Below, piece by piece: positions 38,201 to 45,628 of a stretch of 49,380 nt of DNA. The translations under genes and the position numbers were made by a program. How positions within the stretch are numbered: the first letter of the stretch is position 1; each line of letters starts with the position of its first letter. The stretch comes from Thermoleophilia bacterium (GTDB lineage: Bacteria > Actinomycetota > Thermoleophilia > Gaiellales > Gaiellaceae): NCBI GenBank assembly GCA_025934335.1, contig JAICYG010000001.1:1-49380 (forward strand), in the 5' to 3' direction. A model generated the notes under the pieces. The model was not told where the DNA came from. It did not search any database and saw only the letters and a program-made list of their open reading frames with translations.

Positions 38201-39208
38201 TCATAAGGGCGCCTCGCGAATGCGGGGGTCGAGAAGGCCGTGGACGATGTCCACGATGGAGTTTGCGAGTACGGCGACGATCGCGGCAAAGGCGATGACG
38301 CCTGCGGTGAGTGGGTAGTCAAGGCTGCGGATTGCCTGGAGGCCTACGTAGCCGAGACCTGGGAGACCGAAGACCTTCTCCACGAAGAACGTGCCTGCGA
38401 GGGCGACCCCGACGTCGGCGCCGAGCAGTGTCACGATCACGGGTGCCGTGTTCGGCTGGACATGCCGCAGCAGCACGCGCCGTGTTGACGCTCCCTTCGC
38501 TCGAGCTGTTCGCACGTACCCCTGCGCAAGCTGCTCGAGCGTGAGCGAACGGAAGTAGCGCGCGTAGATTCCGCCGGTTCCCAGCGCGAACACGAGCCAC
38601 GGAAGCAGTAGGTGGTGGGCCCATGCCAGCGGGTGCTCGCGCAGGTTGACGTATCCATCGATGGGGAAGATGTGAAACGCCGAGCCGAGCGGCACCCCGA
38701 GGAACGTGCCCTGCGTTGGCTCGTAGGCAAAGAAATAGGACGCCATCGGCGCCAGCCAGAAGACCGGTATCGAGACGCCGAGCAGTGCGATGACGATGCT
38801 GAGTCGATCCGGAAGCGACCGCGGACGCAGCGCGCCGATCGTCCCGACGGCGAATCCGATCAGCAGCCAGAGGACGGCACCGCCGATGACGACGGAGGCG
38901 GTAGTCCCCGCGGCCGGCAGCACAATGTCTGTGACAGGACGCCGCTGCAGGTACGAGTACCCGAAGTCGAGGTGAAGAACGCCCCAGAGGAAACGCGCGT
39001 ACTGAACGTAGTACGGGCGGTCGGTGCCGAGCTCGTGCGCGACCCGCGCCACCTCCTCCGGAGAGGCGGCCTTACCTGCAATGCGAGTCGCGGGATTCGC
39101 GCCGGTCTTGGCGGCGAGCAGGTAGAAGAGCGCCCACGTCAGGAACGTGATCAGAACGAACTGCAGAGCCATCGCCGCTAACCGCCGAAGCAGGAATGCG
39201 CCGGTCAT
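38201..39208 (-). CDS. ABC transporter permease (DppB/OppB-like)
   Basis: N-terminus FLLRRLAAMALQFVLITFLTWALFYL and six TM segments. ATGA overlap with the upstream permease. Confidence 0.85.
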   Translation of the reverse strand: MTGAFLLRRLAAMALQFVLITFLTWALFYLLAAKTGANPATRIAGKAASPEEVARVAHELGTDRPYYVQYARFLWGVLHLDFGYSYLQRRPVTDIVLPAAGTTASVVIGGAVLWLLIGFAVGTIGALRPRSLPDRLSIVIALLGVSIPVFWLAPMASYFFAYEPTQGTFLGVPLGSAFHIFPIDGYVNLREHPLAWAHHLLLPWLVFALGTGGIYARYFRSLTLEQLAQGYVRTARAKGASTRRVLLRHVQPNTAPVIVTLLGADVGVALAGTFFVEKVFGLPGLGYVGLQAIRSLDYPLTAGVIAFAAIVAVLANSIVDIVHGLLDPRIREAPL

Positions 39209-40197
39209 GTAGCGTCTCCGTACAGCGCCTCACGAACACCGTCGCCGAACACGTTGAACGCGAGCATCGTCAGGACCAGCGCGAAACCAGGCACGATCGC
39301 GAGGAAAGGCGCCGTGAAAAAGAGCCCCGAGTCAATGGAGTCGCTGAGCATCTGACCCCAGCTAGCTGTCGGCGGAGGAACGCCGACGCCGAGGTAACTG
39401 AGCCCGGCTTCGAACATGATGTTCCCGGCGATCACTGTCGTCGCGTACACCACGAGCGGGGCAGTCACCTGTGGCAGCACGTGGCGGCGCAGTATGCGCG
39501 CGTCGGTCGCACCAATCGACCGTGCCGCCTCCACCAGCGTCGACGAGCGGATCCGCAGCACCTCGCCGCGCACGATCCGTGCCGGGTAGTACCAGGTGAA
39601 CAGCGCGATGATGACAAGAACGTTCACGAGCCCGGGGCCGAGCACCACCGCGACCCCAATCGCGAGGAGGAGCGCCGGAAACGCCATCCCCGCCTCGACG
39701 GCGCGCGAGATGACGGCATCCGTCAAGCCGCCGAACCATCCCGCGGCAAGACCGAAGATCACTCCGGCGAGGAGCGAGATGCCGGTCGCACCAACGGCGA
39801 CGATAAGCGACACACGCGCGCCGTAGAGCAAACGGACCAGCATGTCGCGACCGATCGTGTCGGCACCGAGAACGAAGACATCTCCGTGCGGATTTGGGGT
39901 CACTGAGTCCGCCTTGAAGGCGCGGCCGAGTGGACCGATCGGCACGCCGTCCGCGCCAACCGCCGCGTCGATCTGCTCGTTCGGCCCATGGCCGGTCCAG
40001 TGCGCGGCTATCGGTGCGCCGGCACCGGCCGCGAGTACCAGAGCGACGAGGAACCCAAGCGCAGCCATGCTCACGCGATCCGAGCGGAGGCGCCGCCAGA
40101 AGAGTGTCCACGGACTCTTCGCGTGTCCAGCCGCCTCGGCGGCACCGGACTCAGGCCGAGCAACGTCGTCCGGGTGCGCTGCGCCCGGAGCCGTCAC
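39205..40197 (-). CDS. ABC transporter permease (DppC/OppC-like); start uncertain
   Basis: SPWTLFWRRLRSDRVSMAALGFLVAL is an OppC_N-type N-terminus, followed by the permease core. GTG 40197 is the first start after the upstream stop (40287). The ORF-track start at 40368 would overlap the upstream gene by 82 nt. Confidence 0.75.
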   Translation of the reverse strand: MTAPGAAHPDDVARPESGAAEAAGHAKSPWTLFWRRLRSDRVSMAALGFLVALVLAAGAGAPIAAHWTGHGPNEQIDAAVGADGVPIGPLGRAFKADSVTPNPHGDVFVLGADTIGRDMLVRLLYGARVSLIVAVGATGISLLAGVIFGLAAGWFGGLTDAVISRAVEAGMAFPALLLAIGVAVVLGPGLVNVLVIIALFTWYYPARIVRGEVLRIRSSTLVEAARSIGATDARILRRHVLPQVTAPLVVYATTVIAGNIMFEAGLSYLGVGVPPPTASWGQMLSDSIDSGLFFTAPFLAIVPGFALVLTMLAFNVFGDGVREALYGDAT

Positions 40198-40286
40198 GCG
40201 TGCGCTCGCGCGCGTGGAGGGCGCGGGGCCCGACGGTCTCGAAGCGAGTTGCTGCCTGTCGACCGCCGGACCACGCCCCCGCTGCT

Positions 40287-42053
40287 CTACGAGCCCTGCG
40301 CCCAGGGGTTCGGCTCCACCTCGTAGAGGTTTCCCTGCCCGTGCTGGAGGGTGTAGAAGACGTGCCACCCTCCGTGGAATGGATGAGGCGACTTGGCGCC
40401 GAGCAGGCCATCCGGACTTGGATCGCCGTCGGAGACAGTGATGCCCGTCAGCTCGTTCTCATCGTCTGAAAGGCCATACTTTCCGAGGGTCTGGCTGAGC
40501 GCCGCGATCGGGTCGCGACCCGCCGCCAACAGCCGAAGAGGCTTGTTGCCGGTGACGCCGTAGTCCGCGTTCGCGTCGAACATCCACATCGAGTCGAAGT
40601 GACCCGTCTGGGTATGCAGGGTATTGCCGGCGTCTTCTTCGAAGACAACGTGATCCTTGTCCCACCAGGCGACATTGTCGAAGCCCGAGTGATTCTGGTC
40701 GCCAAGGAAGACGAGGTTAAAGCTCCCGGTACCGGCCGCGGAGTCGGTCATCACGAACCGGAAGATGCTGCCGTAGCCGCCGTTGGCGTTCTCCTCGCTG
40801 CGACGGTCGGTATCTCCCGTGTCCGAGAACCAGATCTCCTGGAAGTGCGTACCGGGTCGGTAGACGGCGTTCTCGGGCCGGCGGAACGGCGTCGCGAACG
40901 CGTTGTAGCACGCGGTATTCGCGTCGTACGGGGCCGGCATCCCGCCTGCAGGAACGACCTGGCAGGTGACCCAGCGCGCTGCGAACGTCCGCCCGTAGCT
41001 GTGCAGTGAACGCAGCCCGGCGTCGGTGATGACTGGGTCGTTGTTGGCTCCATTGGACCGGGTGGCGCCGCGCGGAGCAATAGGAGTTCCGTCATCCGCC
41101 AGGACTTGAAGTGCCTCGAGGCGGCCTCCCCCGGCAAGGAAGCTCCGATCATTGGGTACCCACCGGTAGACGTAGTCCATCGGTGCCTTCGCGTTTGGAT
41201 TCGCGACTCCCTTTCCACCACCGTCGTCCTCGGCGATGATCATGCTCCCGTCGGGGGCGATTTGCATCCCCTCGTACGAGGAGGCGCCGAAGTACGCACC
41301 CTCGTTGCGAGGATCGCTGCCGTCGGCGTTGAATGACCACACTCCCCCATTGGGCGACCGCTCTTCGGGCGAGGCCAGGAGCTTCTTACGGAACGGGTCC
41401 CACGTAATCCCGTCGAAGCCGGGCAACGCGTTGCCGTCGGCGTCACGATCGGCGACGATCGTCACGCGATGGGCGAAGTCAGCGTCGAGGTTGACGCGCA
41501 TGATGGTCCCCCGAATGCCCGCCGACGCTGGATTGCCGTTGCCGCCGAACCCAATCGACGGCCATTCATGAGCCACGAAGAGGAAGTGGGTCCCGTAGTC
41601 GTAGGCGGCGTCGGCACCGTGCTGACCGCTGAGCACGAGATAGACCATCTTGTCGGGCGACGTGTGAGTGGCGAACGGGCCCAGTTGGTAGCCACTCGTG
41701 GAGTCGCCGGTAATGGTCGTTGGAACCTGCGTCCCGTCGTCGAGGAACGAAAAGAGCTTGATCGCAGGCTTCGATCCAATTGCAGGCGACGGATTCTCGA
41801 CCGGCTGATCGCCGGCGACGATCAAGGCATCACGTAGCTCCCGTGTCCAGGCGTTGGGTTGGGTATCACCGCCCGCCGCTGAGATGTTCGGGAAGACGCC
41901 GGTCGTTGCCTTCGGTCGCGCATTCGGAACTCCCGCGTACGGGTAGCTCGCCCACGACGACCCGCGATGCGTATGGCCCGCTGCTCCGGCCAGGGGAACG
42001 ATCGCGCCAACTCCAACGGCGAGCGCAACACTCAATGATCTCCGGAATCCCAC
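40287..42053 (-). CDS. secreted beta-propeller protein, PhoX/DUF839-like putative phosphoesterase
   Basis: GTG 42053 follows GGGAGGAGG. The signal contains RR (GFRRSLSVALAVGVGAIVPLAGAAG). SYEGMQIAPDGSMIIAEDDGG, GFDNVAWWDKDHVVFEEDAGN and NELTGITVSDG...FYTLQHGQG resemble PhoX C-terminal motifs. The family call is tentative. Confidence 0.5.
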   Translation of the reverse strand: MGFRRSLSVALAVGVGAIVPLAGAAGHTHRGSSWASYPYAGVPNARPKATTGVFPNISAAGGDTQPNAWTRELRDALIVAGDQPVENPSPAIGSKPAIKLFSFLDDGTQVPTTITGDSTSGYQLGPFATHTSPDKMVYLVLSGQHGADAAYDYGTHFLFVAHEWPSIGFGGNGNPASAGIRGTIMRVNLDADFAHRVTIVADRDADGNALPGFDGITWDPFRKKLLASPEERSPNGGVWSFNADGSDPRNEGAYFGASSYEGMQIAPDGSMIIAEDDGGGKGVANPNAKAPMDYVYRWVPNDRSFLAGGGRLEALQVLADDGTPIAPRGATRSNGANNDPVITDAGLRSLHSYGRTFAARWVTCQVVPAGGMPAPYDANTACYNAFATPFRRPENAVYRPGTHFQEIWFSDTGDTDRRSEENANGGYGSIFRFVMTDSAAGTGSFNLVFLGDQNHSGFDNVAWWDKDHVVFEEDAGNTLHTQTGHFDSMWMFDANADYGVTGNKPLRLLAAGRDPIAALSQTLGKYGLSDDENELTGITVSDGDPSPDGLLGAKSPHPFHGGWHVFYTLQHGQGNLYEVEPNPWAQGS

Positions 42054-42138
42054 ACCCGACCTCCTCCCTTGGACGGCGAAAACCGGGCGATCGTACGCGC
42101 TTCTCGAGAACTTTTCAATACCTGTTTAAATAATCTTG
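42054..42138. promoter_or_regulatory. divergent control region (PhoX-like operon versus SIS-ROK genes)
   Basis: 85-nt spacer containing the only AT-rich stretch nearby (cttttcaatacctgtttaaataatctt) and a perfect 10-bp palindrome TTCTCGAGAA at 42101-42110. Confidence 0.45.
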
Positions 42139-43191
42139 ATGCCAGAAGAGAGCCTCCTCCGGCAGGAGATCCGGGAACAACCGCATTCCCTGATGCGCCT
42201 GCTCGCGGCGACCACCGCGTTTTCGGATGCGAGGGAGCTCTTGCGGGCACACAACACGCGCGCAATCCGTCTCGTCGGCCATGGATCGTCGGACAACGCG
42301 GCCTGCTACGGCGTCTACGCGTTTGCGCTCCTCGGCGGCCTCCCCGCGGTGCGCGATTCGATCTCGCTCCCGGTCTACTACAGGAGTGAGAGCAGACTCG
42401 AGCACTCAGCCGTTGTCGCGCTGTCGCAGTCCGGACGGACGCCCGACGTCGTCGCCTACGTCGAACGCGCGCGGGCCCAGCGTGCACCAACCATCGCGCT
42501 CACGAACGATCCGTCGTCGCCGCTAGCCGAGGTCGCGGACGTGACCGTGCCACTTCTCGCAGGCCATGAGCGTGCGATCGCAGCGACAAAGACCTACACA
42601 TCAGAACTCGCCGCTCTCGCGATACTCGCCGCCCACCTGGGCGGCCGAGCGTCGGAGGTCACCGACGCGATCAGTCGCCTCGTCGAGACAATGGCCGCAC
42701 ACCTCCGAGACGCCGAAATCCCACGGCTCGAGAAGCTCGCGAGCGTTCTTGCCCATGCCGGTCGGATGTTCGTGGTCGGGCGCGGCCTCGAATACGCCAC
42801 CGCGCGCGAACTGGCGCTCAAACTCACCGAGACATGCCGTGTTGCAACGACCGCACTGACATCGACTGACCTGGCCCACGGCCCGATTGCGGCGGTCGAC
42901 TCTCAGTTCCCTGTCCTCGCAATCGCCTCGCTCGATGACGCGCTCCCAGCGGTTCTCTCGGCACTCGATCGCGCGCGCCGGGCCGGGGCGACGATTGTCT
43001 TGTTCGGCAACGCCGCAGGGCTCGTCGAGGGCGTGGCGGGAACCGCTCCAGTACCCTCCGTGCCTCTTCCTGTGCTGTCTCCGATCATGTCGATTGTCCC
43101 GGGCCAACTCTTCGCCGACTCACTCGCTCGAGCGAGAGGCCTGAACCCCGACCAGCCTTTCGGACTGACGAAGGTTACGCTCGCACCGTAG
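42139..43191 (+). CDS. double-SIS-domain sugar-phosphate isomerase/deaminase/deglycase (GlmS isomerase-domain, FrlB/AgaS-like)
   Basis: GHGSSDNAACYG, ALSQSGRTPDVV, VVGRGLEYATARELALKLTE and the C-terminal GLTKVTLAP (compare KSVTVE in GlmS). No glutaminase domain. Confidence 0.75.
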   Translation: MPEESLLRQEIREQPHSLMRLLAATTAFSDARELLRAHNTRAIRLVGHGSSDNAACYGVYAFALLGGLPAVRDSISLPVYYRSESRLEHSAVVALSQSGRTPDVVAYVERARAQRAPTIALTNDPSSPLAEVADVTVPLLAGHERAIAATKTYTSELAALAILAAHLGGRASEVTDAISRLVETMAAHLRDAEIPRLEKLASVLAHAGRMFVVGRGLEYATARELALKLTETCRVATTALTSTDLAHGPIAAVDSQFPVLAIASLDDALPAVLSALDRARRAGATIVLFGNAAGLVEGVAGTAPVPSVPLPVLSPIMSIVPGQLFADSLARARGLNPDQPFGLTKVTLAP

Positions 43192-43193
43192 AG

Positions 43194-44357
43194 ATGGCCC
43201 GCCAGCAAGCATCCCTCAACGAGAGCAACAGCGCGGAACGTGCCATCGCTGCCCGCAGCAGAACGCGCGTCGCAACGCTTGTGTTCGACGAACTACGACT
43301 TCGGGGACCGCTGACGCGGGCACAACTTCAGATGGCACTTCGTGCCAGTCCAGTCACAATCACGGCGGCCGTACGCGAACTGACCGCCCGACAACTCGTG
43401 ATCGAACGCGGCGAGGGGATCTCCACCGGGGGAAGGCGCGCCCACCTCCTTGACCTGGGCCCGCGCGTCGGTGGCGTACTTGCGGTCGATATCGGCTCCA
43501 TCCGCCTGAGGGTCGCCGCGGCGGACATGCGGGGGCGAATCGTGGCTCGTCGCACCGTAGACAGCCCAGCACGGCCCGACCGCAGACGGCTACGCAAGCT
43601 GTTTGGGGAGGTTGCGAACGAACTGGGCGGACCGGTCCGAGCCGTCGGCGTCGGTCTCGCCGCGGCGGTCTACCCTGACGGGTCGATTCAGGTCGCGCCA
43701 ACAATGCCCGAATGGGATGGCTACGACTTCAACCGATTGTTCACTGACTTCGACGCACCTGTCCTGATCGAAAACGAGTCGAATCTTGCCGGGCTCGGCG
43801 AGCACAGGAAGGGTGGGCATCCCGATTCAGACCCGGTCCTGTTCGTCGCGATCGGTGCAGGCATCGGCGGTTCCCTGATTCTCGGGGGTGACATCTACAC
43901 GGGCGCCACCGGTCGCGCCGGTGAGTTGGGAGACCTGCGCACCGGTCTGGTACGAGGGCTTGAGCTCGAGAGCAAGGCGGGCGTACACGCAATCGTCAAG
44001 CGTTACCGAGAACTCGGTGGGCGCGGCAGCGCAGACGCAGAGATCGTCTTTCAGCTGGCCGCACAAGGAGACACTGCCGCCGGTGCGGCCGTCCAGCAGG
44101 CCATCGAGGAGATCGCGCTCGCACTCGTGAACGCAACGTCGCTCATTGATCCTGCCCGCATCGTCATCGGCGGCGGACTCGCTGCGGCAGGCGACTTCCT
44201 ACTCGAGCCGGTCCGAGCATTGATGGAACCCCACCTCCTGAAAGTCCCCGAAATCGTCGCCAGCCGACTCGGCGCAGACGCGACCTTGCATGGGGGAATC
44301 GAATGGGCGCTCGACAGAGGAAGCGAGGAGCTTCTAGATCAGGTGAACAGTGGGTGA
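43194..44357 (+). CDS. ROK-family transcriptional regulator (NagC/XylR-like)
   Basis: N-terminal wHTH (LRGPLTRAQLQMALRASPVTITAAVRELTARQLV), then a ROK body (LAVDIGSIRLR, AIGAGIGGSLILGGDIYTGATGRAGELG). I do not see the usual CxCGxxGC zinc motif. Confidence 0.8.
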   Translation: MARQQASLNESNSAERAIAARSRTRVATLVFDELRLRGPLTRAQLQMALRASPVTITAAVRELTARQLVIERGEGISTGGRRAHLLDLGPRVGGVLAVDIGSIRLRVAAADMRGRIVARRTVDSPARPDRRRLRKLFGEVANELGGPVRAVGVGLAAAVYPDGSIQVAPTMPEWDGYDFNRLFTDFDAPVLIENESNLAGLGEHRKGGHPDSDPVLFVAIGAGIGGSLILGGDIYTGATGRAGELGDLRTGLVRGLELESKAGVHAIVKRYRELGGRGSADAEIVFQLAAQGDTAAGAAVQQAIEEIALALVNATSLIDPARIVIGGGLAAAGDFLLEPVRALMEPHLLKVPEIVASRLGADATLHGGIEWALDRGSEELLDQVNSG

Positions 44358-44433
44358 GGCGGCCACCCCTCCGCAAGCTTCGTCCGGGCGATGATTTCTG
44401 GCGCGCCGCGGGCGTGTGATAGATGATCAGCCG

Positions 44434-44829
44434 ATGGACGTGAAGCAACTCGAGGAGATGCGGCTCTTCTCCGGCGCTCCGCGCGCGGAGCTCGACCGGA
44501 TCGCGAAGAGCGCGATCGAGGTGGACGTGCCGGACGGCTTCTACCTGATCCGCCAGGGCCACGTCGCCTACGAGTTCTTCGTCATCCAGCGGGGCACCGC
44601 GGACGTGGTCAAGGACGGCGAGAAGATCGCCGACCTCGGCCCCGGCGACTTCTTCGGCGAGATCGGGATGATGGAGACCGAGCGGCGCACCGCGGACGTG
44701 GTCGCGACGAGCCCGATGTTCCTCGTCGTCATGCACCAGCGCGACTTCACGAAGATCGAGGACGAGCTGCCGACGGTCGCGGACCGCATCCGCTCGGCCG
44801 TCCGCGCCCGCCTCGACCACGCGCGTTAG
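44434..44829 (+). CDS. stand-alone cyclic-nucleotide-binding domain protein
   Basis: LFSGAP...GDFFGEIGMME...RTADVVA is a classical cNMP-binding cassette. An alternative GTG start is at 44416. Confidence 0.8.
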   Translation: MDVKQLEEMRLFSGAPRAELDRIAKSAIEVDVPDGFYLIRQGHVAYEFFVIQRGTADVVKDGEKIADLGPGDFFGEIGMMETERRTADVVATSPMFLVVMHQRDFTKIEDELPTVADRIRSAVRARLDHAR

Positions 44830-44899
44830 CGGATCGCGGCCGGCACGTCGCGCGCCGCCCCGGTAGAGCTGCGGGCCGACGCGCTTTCGACGAGGCGCT

Positions 44900-45577
44900 T
44901 CACCTCGGCGTCGCCCGCCGCCGCCTGTAGAGCACGACGAGCACGACCACGAGCGCCGCGCCGAGCGCCGCCGCGGCGATGATCACACGGTCGCGGTTGT
45001 CGCTCGCACCTGGCGCGCTCCGTCCCGACGACGACAGCGGCGGCTCGGGGACGACGACCCCGGCGTCGGCGGCGAGGCGGATCACCGCCTTCGTCGCGGT
45101 GGAGGCGAGCGTCCTGCCGTCCGTTCCCGGCGGCTGGATGCGGTCGACGACCGCCTGCTCGCGCGGTGCGAGCTTCCCGTTCGCCGAGACGGCGAGGCCG
45201 TTCGGCATCACGACCAGAAGGCGCTTCTTGTAGATGAGCGCGAGCTCCTGGCCGAGGAAGCGCGCGTACTGCTTCGGCTTCTCGTAGAGGATCGTGACGC
45301 CGCCCATGTCGTAGCGGCTTCCGATCAGCGCGACCCGAATCGTGTAGCCGCGCGCCTTCGCCTCCCGCACCGTCGCGTTCAGCTGGTCGGCGTACGCCTG
45401 CGGGATGCCGTCGTCGGGCGGGATGAACGTCGCCTGCTGGATCAGGTAGTCGCTCGCCGGGTCCGCGTCTGCGTGCGCCCCCGGAACCGCGACCAGCGAC
45501 GCTGCGAGCAGCACGAGGACGAGACCTCTCCTACCCAAGGACCGACCGCCCGAGCAGCAGCACGACGACGAGCGCAC
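44900..45577 (-). CDS. secreted, C-terminally anchored hypothetical protein (last gene of the copper operon)
   Basis: Signal peptide (GLVLVLLAASLVAVPGAHA) and a C-terminal TM plus Arg stop-transfer (VIIAAAALGAALVVVLVVLYRRRR). The start (GTG 45577 or an internal TTG) is uncertain. Confidence 0.55.
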   Translation of the reverse strand: MRSSSCCCSGGRSLGRRGLVLVLLAASLVAVPGAHADADPASDYLIQQATFIPPDDGIPQAYADQLNATVREAKARGYTIRVALIGSRYDMGGVTILYEKPKQYARFLGQELALIYKKRLLVVMPNGLAVSANGKLAPREQAVVDRIQPPGTDGRTLASTATKAVIRLAADAGVVVPEPPLSSSGRSAPGASDNRDRVIIAAAALGAALVVVLVVLYRRRRATPR

Positions 45578-45628
45578 CCGTGCCGGCGGCGAGCGCCGCG
45601 AGCGCGAGCAGCAGGCGCACCTGGGTAC

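Noticed and set aside
39205-40368. ORF-track start at 40368 for the DppC-like permease
   Set aside because: It would overlap the PhoX-like gene by 82 nt and add a non-hydrophobic Arg/Pro/Gly-rich leader. GTG 40197 is the first plausible start after the upstream stop, but it remains uncertain.
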